This document shows, piece after piece, positions 56,305 through 63,442 of a DNA stretch of 64,000 nt. Every line of letters begins with the position of its first letter. The stretch's first letter is position 1. Made by a program: the position numbers and the translations under genes. The stretch comes from a virus. Below the pieces are notes generated by a model that saw only the letters and a list, made by a program, of their open reading frames with translations, was not told the DNA's origin and ran no database searches. The stretch is from the IMG/VR virus record IMGVR_UViG_3300040801_001819, positions 1 through 64,000 of that record; one strand, given 5' to 3'.

Positions 56305-56385
56305 GTGTAAAGATAACTCATTTTTCTCTGAAATCCTGTCAACTTTATAGCTAAAGTATGTTTTTAGTTACGGTAAATCCGTAAT

Positions 56386-56601
56386 TTATCCGAAATTATT
56401 CCGAATTATTTCCGAAAACTCTCCGAAAGAATCTATATAATGATCATAGACTAGCTTGCCGTTCTTGTGAATGATAAAAAGATTCTTAAACATTACATCA
56501 ACAGTAGACTTCCTGCCAAATCCTCCCTTCTTAACCCAGATCTCTTCATTGTCATCCCACTTGAAGTCATATGCTTCTAATACTTCTCTCATAGTTTTCA
56601 T
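56386..56601 (-). CDS. hypothetical protein (71 aa), first gene of the minus-strand block
   Basis: Track ORF. Confidence 0.5.
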   Translation of the reverse strand: MKTMREVLEAYDFKWDDNEEIWVKKGGFGRKSTVDVMFKNLFIIHKNGKLVYDHYIDSFGEFSEIIRNNFG

Positions 56602-56687
56602 GGCTCTAATATACGAAATATTTATTTACCCTCCTAATTCACCCTCCGTGTATGCTTTCTCATTCATTAACACCCATATATGTATAT

Positions 56688-56730
56688 AATGATAGGATAC
56701 TCATGCATAATGATAGGATAATGATAGGTT
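56688..56730. repeat. three direct copies of AATGATAGG (iteron-like) next to the A/T tract AAAATTTTTTTTTAAAATTTTTTTT
   Basis: Read directly: TAATGATAGGAT at 56688 and 56708, AATGATAGGTT at 56720, and the A/T tract at 56731-56758. All lie in the divergent intergenic region. Confidence 0.85.
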
Positions 56731-56782
56731 AAAATTTTTTTTTAAAATTTTTTTTGAAGATGAAAATATAGTCGTACGCTAG

Positions 56783-56828
56783 ATAAACCCAAACTTTAGC
56801 CCCACTCTTTTTATATTTTGGGTATAGG
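56783..56828 (+). promoter_or_regulatory. early-promoter-like conserved motif, copy 1
   Basis: ATAAACCCAAACTTTAGCCCCACTCTTTTTATATTTTGGGTATAGG aligns with copies at 57312, 58033 and 58732. Confidence 0.55.
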
Positions 56829-56970
56829 GGTATCACTTTGTGACAGCTCACCTAATTTCAAGAACATGTGGTAGAGCCTGTGCGAAATTAACCCAAATTA
56901 CAGTCATCAGCCCTTTGTGGTTCTACGTAAATGATGTCTAACACCTATGGTAGTGCAGGTGTTTTTATTT
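56829..56970 (+). ncRNA. candidate ~140-nt early sRNA (motif copy 1 to terminator, no ORF)
   Basis: Bounded by the promoter-like motif and the hairpin+T-run at 56940-56970. It contains an 8-bp long-range stem, GTAGAGCC/GGTTCTAC. Only a 2-codon ORF and a 22-codon ATG-ORF are present. Confidence 0.35.
56940..56970 (+). terminator. rho-independent terminator
   Basis: AACACCT-ATGGTAGTGC-AGGTGTT followed by TTTATTT. Confidence 0.6.
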
Positions 56971-57014
56971 CAACTAAATCAATTGGGTATATTAATAATT
57001 AAAACAACTATATT

Positions 57015-57260
57015 ATGAAAACATTCTTTCAAGTAACAGCAATGCTATCACTCACGTTCATAACTATGATGATGAGTATTATTACATTCACAACCATGTT
57101 CAATGATACACCAATACGCCCTTGGAGTAATGAGTCATTGTTATGGAACATTAAAGCACAAACATTCTTATTAGCTGTATATTTTGTATGCAAGATTGGA
57201 ATATATATGTGTAACACTTATGAGTTTAAGGTAAACAAAAAGAGGAGTTATGTAAAATAA
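57015..57260 (+). CDS. small two-TM membrane protein (81 aa)
   Basis: Track ORF with hydrophobic spans AMLSLTFITMMMSIITFTTMF and TFLLAVYFVCKIGIYM. Confidence 0.5.
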   Translation: MKTFFQVTAMLSLTFITMMMSIITFTTMFNDTPIRPWSNESLLWNIKAQTFLLAVYFVCKIGIYMCNTYEFKVNKKRSYVK

Positions 57261-57271
57261 GTAGACATATT

Positions 57272-57300
57272 GGGAGTGTGACAACAGCACTCCCTTTAGC
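57272..57300 (+). terminator. terminator-like hairpin
   Basis: GGGAGTG-N9-CACTCCC followed by TTTAGC (a weak T run). Confidence 0.45.
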
Positions 57301-57311
57301 TTAAATTAATA

Positions 57312-57356
57312 AAAACCTAAACTTCACATATACTCTTATTATACATTGGTAGTTAA
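57312..57356 (+). promoter_or_regulatory. early-promoter-like conserved motif, copy 2
   Basis: AAAACCTAAACTTCACATATACTCTTATTATACATTGGTAGTTAA. Confidence 0.55.
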
Positions 57357-57509
57357 TAATAACTATCACAACTAAATCTCGTAAACTCGTGAAAAATCTT
57401 TATTACATCAATGGAAATGCCATAGTTGCTAGTTCATTACAGGAAGCTTTAATTATTAACAAAGAGGCACAGCAAGTAGCTGTTGCCTCTTAAAAACCAT
57501 AACTAAATC

Positions 57510-57986
57510 ATGGAAAATATAGTAAGATTGGCTTTGGGAACAAAGTTTAAACCAGAAGATATTGATAACATTCTTCTTATTTGTCAAAAGACTGATAACC
57601 TTGAGGTTGCAGTATCAATGTTATTAGGCTTGTATGTTGAGCCTACATTTAATCAATATGCTGAAGATGATAGCTATTATACAAACAAAGAGTTTGTATC
57701 TTATGACCCATTCAAGGATAAAGTGACATTTAAAGGTAACAGAGTTACTAAAGTGTATGCTTGGTTCAAGAAAGATGTTGAGGCTATTGAAGAGAATATT
57801 ATCTCTAACACTTCTTATGTTAATGACGCAATGAGTGAAACTAAATTTAAAGGCACAAGAGATGAATTTGAAGATATGTTTACTCGTAAAGAGTGGAAGA
57901 GAACTGTTAATGATAAAGCAGAAACATCAACTACTTATTCTTATAATTGGAAGAAAGAGGAGATATCTTATGCTTTAGCAGAGTAA
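57510..57986 (+). CDS. early hypothetical protein (158 aa)
   Basis: Track ORF within a monocistronic promoter-gene-terminator unit. Confidence 0.6.
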   Translation: MENIVRLALGTKFKPEDIDNILLICQKTDNLEVAVSMLLGLYVEPTFNQYAEDDSYYTNKEFVSYDPFKDKVTFKGNRVTKVYAWFKKDVEAIEENIISNTSYVNDAMSETKFKGTRDEFEDMFTRKEWKRTVNDKAETSTTYSYNWKKEEISYALAE

Positions 57987-57991
57987 TTAAA

Positions 57992-58030
57992 TTGGGAGAG
58001 GACTAATCATTCTCTTCCAATCTTTTCTTT
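57992..58030 (+). terminator. rho-independent terminator
   Basis: TTGGGAGAG-N11-CTCTTCCAA (9 bp, one G-U pair) followed by TCTTTTCTTT. Confidence 0.65.
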
Positions 58031-58032
58031 AA

Positions 58033-58078
58033 AAAACCCAAACTTTACTCTCAACTCTTTTTATATATTGGTAGTTAG
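58033..58078 (+). promoter_or_regulatory. early-promoter-like conserved motif, copy 3
   Basis: AAAACCCAAACTTTACTCTCAACTCTTTTTATATATTGGTAGTTAG. Confidence 0.55.
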
Positions 58079-58139
58079 TATTAACTATTAGGCTTCATGG
58101 AGTGCCTTTATTAAAACTCCTATAAAATCATTTGAAATC

Positions 58140-58607
58140 ATGAGCAAGAATGTTCTTTCAAATCAGCCTTTAGTTAAGGCACATCCCGTTACAGGATCAA
58201 TTGTAACATATTTTGAAAATTCCAAAGGAGAAACTTTTGGAAAAATACGTGTAGACCAGCGTGCACCAGTAATTAATAATGGCTTCATGTCCTTTGCCAA
58301 TCGTAGTGCTTTCATCACCTTAGATGAAGAAACTGCAAAGGAAATGGAAACAATCCTTGTGGAGGACAAACCTTATCCAATTCAGGGTAAAGTTGTTGTT
58401 ACTGAATCGTTAACACCATTCTACGAGGGGCAAGAGCCTAAGCGTAAAGGTGCAGACGGAGAGGTAATTACTCATTTAGGTGCACCTGTTTATCGTGACA
58501 CTAACTATGTCTTTGACCTTGAGGCTAAAGATACTTTGTTAGCAGGCGATAGAGACGGCGTGGAAACACCTGTTGCTCAAGAGGCATCCTCTGCAACCCC
58601 TGAATAA
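58140..58607 (+). CDS. early hypothetical protein (155 aa)
   Basis: Track ORF within a monocistronic unit. Confidence 0.6.
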   Translation: MSKNVLSNQPLVKAHPVTGSIVTYFENSKGETFGKIRVDQRAPVINNGFMSFANRSAFITLDEETAKEMETILVEDKPYPIQGKVVVTESLTPFYEGQEPKRKGADGEVITHLGAPVYRDTNYVFDLEAKDTLLAGDRDGVETPVAQEASSATPE

Positions 58608-58628
58608 TAGTAAGGGTTAACAGTATTG

Positions 58629-58664
58629 GCCACTCTCATTAATTTGAGAGTGGCTTTTATTATT
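58629..58664 (+). terminator. rho-independent terminator
   Basis: GCCACTCTCA-TTAATT-TGAGAGTGGC (10 bp) followed by TTTTATTATT. Confidence 0.8.
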
Positions 58665-58731
58665 GCGTGAAAAAAGGTTTGCAACAAGTTGCAGAGTTTA
58701 ATTTAATCAATGTAAAAACATTGATTAATAT

Positions 58732-58775
58732 AACCAAAACTTTAAATCCTCTCTTTTTATGCACGGCGGAGTTGC
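58732..58775 (+). promoter_or_regulatory. early-promoter-like conserved motif, copy 4
   Basis: AACCAAAACTTTAAATCCTCTCTTTTTATGCACGGCGGAGTTGC. The 3-prime half diverges from the other copies. Confidence 0.45.
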
Positions 58776-58812
58776 AATACGAACTTTCCCGCGAGATTTA
58801 AATACGAAAGAA

Positions 58813-59085
58813 ATGAAAGATATATCATATAGAGGAGATGATTATAAGGTTGTTGAGAATCCTTTAGGTAGAGTTAGCTGTGATTCTTGTGTATTCTATA
58901 AGACACATTCTAACTTCGGAGGATATAATCCATCTTGTAGAGTAAAACTAGATATGGACTACTACAAAGGCTTTGGGTATAATACTAATGAGCAGAGTAC
59001 AATGTTCTCAAAGTGTGCTATTGGTGTTATGGTGTTTGAAAGCAATAAAAAGTTTAAGAGAAGAGTGTTAACTTGCGTGGGATAA
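58813..59085 (+). CDS. early Cys-rich hypothetical protein (90 aa from Met19 of track ORF 58759..59085)
   Basis: The track ORF start at 58759 lies inside motif copy 4. The ATG at 58813 is preceded by TTAAATACGAAAGAA, as at other starts in this region. Confidence 0.5.
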   Translation: MKDISYRGDDYKVVENPLGRVSCDSCVFYKTHSNFGGYNPSCRVKLDMDYYKGFGYNTNEQSTMFSKCAIGVMVFESNKKFKRRVLTCVG

Positions 59086-59156
59086 CCCAAAACCACATCA
59101 TTTCACCACCTAATTCAAATACGAACATTAACTAACCTTATTAAATTATAGCTAAA

Positions 59157-59312
59157 ATGAGCAGAACATATAAAAAGGCATATACTAAATCTAAAGCTTT
59201 CGATAAAACTTGCAGATGTCATGGTGGTTGTCCTTATTGTGAAGGTAATAGAAAATATTCTACTAAAAAAAGAAAAGAGAAAACTAAAGATGAACTTAAA
59301 AACTTAGAATAA
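59157..59312 (+). CDS. small basic Cys-rich protein (51 aa; CRCHGGCPYCEGNR)
   Basis: Hand-found ORF below the track cutoff, with a zinc-ribbon-like CxC...CxxC pattern. Confidence 0.45.
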   Translation: MSRTYKKAYTKSKAFDKTCRCHGGCPYCEGNRKYSTKKRKEKTKDELKNLE

Positions 59313-60305
59313 TTAAAAATATTTATGAATATTACTGCTACATACGATGTCTTATAATCATCATGCAAGTTACTGACCGTAAGCTAACAGTCTACCTAGG
59401 AAAAGAAATGTTAACTCGGAGGAAATCTATAACCAACAAGCTTTAGAAGAGTAGTTGGGAAAATGAAAGTACAGAACCTTGATATTAATCATTGATAGGT
59501 AAAGTAGTGTAGCAGTAATATCTCATAATTAATTAAGCTCTTTGATTGAAGGTAAACAATAATATGAAGGGTATAGACAAGCGATGCTCTCGTTAAATCC
59601 ATAAGAGCCTTATTATAAATCATTATATCAGAAATGGTTGTGTTTATTGGAAATATAATTATTCAGCATCAGTAGTAACAGATGGGCAAATAGCCGGTTA
59701 CGATGCTTGTTTTAGTTATCCCATAACTGAATTGGGCAAAGAGTTTTTAATAAAAGCGAAGACATAACACACGCTATACTATGTGTTATAAATATAGTCC
59801 AAAACCCTTATGACTTTAAACTGTAACCTACTAGTAATGGTAAAGATTGTAATAAACAAAGGATTACTTGGTATTAATATTTGAAGTGAATAATAGTAAC
59901 TACAAAATAAACATTAATATTTCATAATATATAACAACTGAAAGCGAAACAGCAATTACAATTAGGAATAGATGCAACTGTATGAGATATGTTGCTTAGT
60001 GAATACGAAACAGATAATGCTGATTTAACTGACTAACTGGAAACAGGAAGGTTAAATAATATTCATACTATTGGGAGTTCTCAGCAAGTAGTTAAAGCAT
60101 TGGAGTGTTAGATTCCTCCACCAAAAGTGCGAGTCTTAGAGGCGTGTGTACACTTTAACTACATGACCCTACTCTTATTAAAGAATGGAGAAAGCCTATT
60201 TATAGGTACTTGCTAAAGTGATTAAACCTCGCTTTAATAATAAAGAGGGTGCTAAACCAATAATAAAATTAAAATAATTATAAACAACTTAAAATCATTT
60301 AAAAC

Positions 60306-60458
60306 ATGGCAAAAGGATTTGTATTCAGACCAGAATCATTCTGGGTAGGATTACATTACTCAGAATACAACAGACGTTATTGTCTTAATCTATTGCCATG
60401 TTGTACAATATGGTGGATTAAGAAAGGAGGCAAAGTACCAGAATTAGCTAAAGTATAA
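60306..60458 (+). CDS. small hypothetical protein (50 aa)
   Basis: Hand-found ORF MAKGFVFRPESFWVGLHYSEYNRRYCLNLLPCCTIWWIKKGGKVPELAKV, with an A-rich AAAATCATTTAAAAC leader. Confidence 0.4.
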   Translation: MAKGFVFRPESFWVGLHYSEYNRRYCLNLLPCCTIWWIKKGGKVPELAKV

Positions 60459-60476
60459 TTTAAAACCAATTAAATC

Positions 60477-60620
60477 ATGACACAAAATGAAAAAGATGTC
60501 TTAAAGATGTCGAAATTAAAGTGGCGCAACTACATGCGTAAGTCTTATCCTAATTTTAAGGTTAAGCAATGGGCTAGGACAAGTTATAGGCTTGCTCACC
60601 CACAAGTAATTAATAATTAA
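60477..60620 (+). CDS. small basic hypothetical protein (47 aa)
   Basis: Hand-found ORF preceded by TAAAACCAATTAAATC, the same context as other plus-strand starts. Confidence 0.4.
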   Translation: MTQNEKDVLKMSKLKWRNYMRKSYPNFKVKQWARTSYRLAHPQVINN

Positions 60621-60640
60621 CCCTAAAACCTTAAAATAAA

Positions 60641-61015
60641 ATGAAAAGATTTTATTATTTAATTGTCCTTTTAATAGGACTAACTATGGTGCAATCATGT
60701 GAAGATGACTGCACACAAGACGCATATTGCGCACTACTATCATCATCAGATTATAGTAAAACATCATTAACAAAAGGTGGAGAAAAAGTCTATGTGTGCC
60801 ACAATGGTGATACACTTTATATAAGCGTTAATGCACTACAAGCTCACCTAGATCATGGTGATACTGAGGGTGAGTGTAGCACATTATCTTCTACTGGACT
60901 AGAATTTAAAGACGGAGCGGTAGTTGAAATACCATGTGATTATGAGTTACCTTTTATACATGTTACAGATAATGGTACTCAATGGTGGTATGGTAAGACT
61001 AGTGATAGGCCTTAA
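60641..61015 (+). CDS. predicted lipoprotein (124 aa), possibly surface-exposed
   Basis: MKRFYYLIVLLIGLTMVQS-C is a signal peptide plus lipobox-like Cys, followed by the acidic EDD. It also has a VYVCHNGDTLYISVNALQAHLDHGD motif. Confidence 0.6.
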   Translation: MKRFYYLIVLLIGLTMVQSCEDDCTQDAYCALLSSSDYSKTSLTKGGEKVYVCHNGDTLYISVNALQAHLDHGDTEGECSTLSSTGLEFKDGAVVEIPCDYELPFIHVTDNGTQWWYGKTSDRP

Positions 61016-61019
61016 TAAT

Positions 61020-61923
61020 ATTTAAAGTATGGGAGGTAGAGTAATCTACACCAGGTCAAGTGGTTTACAGCTTGATATAATAGTCGTTGAATTCGACGTT
61101 ACATAGGAAAGTGCAGAACTAACTGCCGTAACAAATAGCATCATCATCTTTATAATTGGTTGGGTTCCTATCGTTTGGAGCCCAACAACAAAGCCCGCCT
61201 ACGGGGCATAGAATAAACCAGCAATGGTATAAAGTGATTGGAACTTAAGCATTCCAATTGCCATATAAGTTTATAACTTGTATGTCACTGATAGGTATTA
61301 CATTATTATATTGTGGAGCGTCTGTGGTCTAACGGCTGATGACGCAGCAATATAACTGTCCTTTGGTAAGGGAGAGTTGAGCAGAAATGCAATAAGATAT
61401 GTAATAGGCAATGATAGTAGTTCCCGCCAGGAATGAAGTTGTTGTTATTTGTACTCCTCATGCATGTTAAGAGAAATCTATGTGCGCGTTGGTTGCAAAA
61501 GTAAGTAGGGTTGGCACCTGAAAGCAGACAGAAGTTGATAACTAAACTATCCAAAAGATAGCATGTTATACAACTTAAGCAGACTTCTGTTATTTACTGG
61601 CCTAAATCTAAACTAGACAAAGGAAAAACAGCTTGAGACATTGAGAACACAATATTCTTATCCTACTGTAATATGTAGGTACCTACGAGCTCCCAAGGCT
61701 CATGGTAAATGAATAAAGTATTATTGCATTAACAGCGGCCGCGTTGTGAACACAGGGATGTGGATCAGTAAGAAATTGAAATTATAACTCTTAATGTAGT
61801 GGTGTCGAGCACCGTAACTCGTGAATATGTTGTCTACGTGCAGTAATGTACGTGTGTGTATAAATGTGAAAGCATTTACAATGACAATCTTTTAGGGCCA
61901 TCACTCAACCCTAGGTTTTTTTA
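61020..61923 (+). ncRNA. candidate large structured RNA (~900 nt), class unknown
   Basis: No plus-strand ATG-ORF longer than about 23 codons was found by eye, and all three stop codons occur in every frame checked. Local stems are dense, for example TTGGGTTCC/GGAGCCCAA, ATTGGAA/TTCCAAT, GCGTC/GACGC and GTAAATG/CATTTAC. It ends in a hairpin plus T8. Confidence 0.35.
61893..61923 (+). terminator. rho-independent terminator (T8)
   Basis: TAGGG-N11-CCCTA (extendable by G-U pairs) followed by TTTTTTTT. Confidence 0.55.
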
Positions 61924-61943
61924 TTACATTTTAAATACGAATC

Positions 61944-62195
61944 ATGATACCTTATAAAGAAATAAAGGCTGGTGACAAAGTACACTATAAGACTAAACAT
62001 GGTGAATGGCAGAACGGTATAGTAAAAACAATACCATCACATCCATTTATTGAAGTCTTTGTAGTGTATAATTGCGCAGGAGAATGGGATTATTATTACC
62101 AATACACAGCTCAATCCACTAGATTAACTGACTTACATAAAGGTTGGTTATTCAATAGAAAGAAATTAAATATCACTAAAAAACTTTTAAAATGA
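61944..62195 (+). CDS. early hypothetical protein (83 aa)
   Basis: Track ORF preceded by TTAAATACGAATC. Confidence 0.55.
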   Translation: MIPYKEIKAGDKVHYKTKHGEWQNGIVKTIPSHPFIEVFVVYNCAGEWDYYYQYTAQSTRLTDLHKGWLFNRKKLNITKKLLK

Positions 62196-62443
62196 AAGGA
62201 TTATTTATTACAATGATTATTTTTACTCTATTAATTGTATTTGCAAATAGAAATATTCATAGCAAAAAGCGTGAATTAGCAACTTATGAAGAAAGAGTAA
62301 TGTGGTTCTTAAAGAACTATTATGAATCAGGAATGGAGTATGATATATTACTCATATCTATGGAAGGTGCTGACCTAGATAATTTTGAATGGTATGATGA
62401 TATTATACACATACCAAAGTATAAAGACGAATTAGATGAGTGA
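62192..62443 (+). CDS. early hypothetical protein with an N-terminal TM (83 aa)
   Basis: Track ORF with an ATGA overlap to the previous gene and the hydrophobic segment LFITMIIFTLLIVFA. Confidence 0.55.
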   Translation: MKGLFITMIIFTLLIVFANRNIHSKKRELATYEERVMWFLKNYYESGMEYDILLISMEGADLDNFEWYDDIIHIPKYKDELDE

Positions 62444-62771
62444 TGAGTACTTTGAAGAACAAGCTAAAGAAGGCCGCAGGAGTGCTCATTTACATATGCA
62501 AGCTTCCATGGAGTCCATCGCGGATATGGTTCAGAGTAGCGCTAAATTCAGGCCGGGTGACAAGGTATGCATCAAAAAATCAGAATTCAAAGACCTCTCA
62601 TTAAGCACACAAGAGGAAATGAACTTTATATACACTATCAAAGGAGCTACTTGGAAAGGCTTTGAAATAATGTATACGATAGAATATAATGGTAAAGAAT
62701 TGAGAACTCCAATACATGAGGACTCATTACATTTAGCACCAATACATGAAAGAAGAAAATTAGATTTATAA
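62436..62771 (+). CDS. early hypothetical protein (111 aa)
   Basis: Track ORF with an 8-nt overlap to the previous gene. Confidence 0.55.
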   Translation: MSDEYFEEQAKEGRRSAHLHMQASMESIADMVQSSAKFRPGDKVCIKKSEFKDLSLSTQEEMNFIYTIKGATWKGFEIMYTIEYNGKELRTPIHEDSLHLAPIHERRKLDL

Positions 62772-62787
62772 CAAAACCCTTAAAACA

Positions 62788-62952
62788 ATGGCAAAATTAG
62801 AACAATATTTAGTAGAAACACCGGCAGGTGAAAAATTTAGAGTATTTGCAGCAAACACATATGATGCAGGTAAACAAGTGCTAGCTAAGATAGAATTTAG
62901 AAATTCACTTGTAATTAGCAACACGCTAGTGTCACATCCTGAAATGATGTGA
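62788..62952 (+). CDS. small hypothetical protein (54 aa)
   Basis: Hand-found ORF MAKLEQYLVETPAGEKFRVFAANTYDAGKQVLAKIEFRNSLVISNTLVSHPEMM, preceded by ACAAAACCCTTAAAACA. Confidence 0.4.
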   Translation: MAKLEQYLVETPAGEKFRVFAANTYDAGKQVLAKIEFRNSLVISNTLVSHPEMM

Positions 62953-63352
62953 CAAAAAGTTGCAGAGTAAGATCTTGCAAGTATTAATAACCCCTTGAAG
63001 GGTTAGCTGGTGTGCAAAACCAGTAATGCTTGCAGTATTAATGAGCAGGTGTATAGCTGTAATCAGCACACCGCTGATAAAGGTGGATATATTGAAAAAG
63101 GGTTTGTAGTAGATATATATGAAATCAAGCTGATCAGAAACCCCGAAAGACCCAACCTGCTCTTTTAATCTAGCATACCTGAATGCCGTACTATTTAATC
63201 AGGTGGCCTGTGTGATACAGGCCAAGATATAAACTTCTAGCAAGGAGTTAAAGTAGCATGAAGATGTGAGGATATATAGCCGATCCATTCACCTCTGTTG
63301 TCACAAATCATCGTGGACCATATAGAACCGGGCGTTACGGCTCCTTGAAGTT

Positions 63353-63395
63353 AAACCAAAGCTCAAAATAATATACAATATGGATAAAATAATTG
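63353..63395 (+). promoter_or_regulatory. degenerate early-promoter-like motif (copy 5)
   Basis: AAACCAAAGCTCAAAATAATATACAATATGGATAAAATAATTG shares AAACC.AA.CT.A and TATACA..TGG.TA.AATAAT with copy 2 but lacks the CTCTT box. Confidence 0.3.
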
Positions 63396-63442
63396 ATTAA
63401 CGTACATATTTTTGTTTTGAGCTTATTTAAAAACTAGAACAA

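Noticed and set aside
58686-58697. 12-mer AAGTTGCAGAGT shared with 62957-62968 as a regulatory site
   Set aside because: A single shared 12-mer is expected by chance in 64 kb of AT-rich sequence, so I kept it only as a remark within another finding.
59760-59805. AAATATAGTCC resembling the group I intron S element (AAGAUAUAGUCC), next to a P8-like hairpin
   Set aside because: I found no convincing R element or P7 partner upstream, no P/Q elements, and no interrupted host gene. The match is probably fortuitous.
61100-61115. TAGGAAAGTGC resembling the RNase P CR-I box (GAGGAAAGUCC)
   Set aside because: Only a partial match, and the other conserved RNase P regions are not seen.
61335-61392. CTGATGA ... 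GAAA spacing reminiscent of a hammerhead ribozyme core
   Set aside because: The residues flanking the boxes (CUGAUGA-C ... A-GAAA) cannot form the required stem II closing pair. CTGATGA is instead part of the GCGTC/GACGC hairpin.
61306-61554. Minus-strand 82-aa ORF in the 61-kb ORF-free region
   Set aside because: It is isolated and on the opposite strand to all neighbours and to the terminator. Its translation is Cys/His/Leu/Asn-rich and implausible, with no start context like other genes.
59313-63442. Idea that the ORF-free stretches encode proteins in an alternative genetic code
   Set aside because: The frames I read contain TAA, TAG and TGA together, so no single reassignment opens a long frame.
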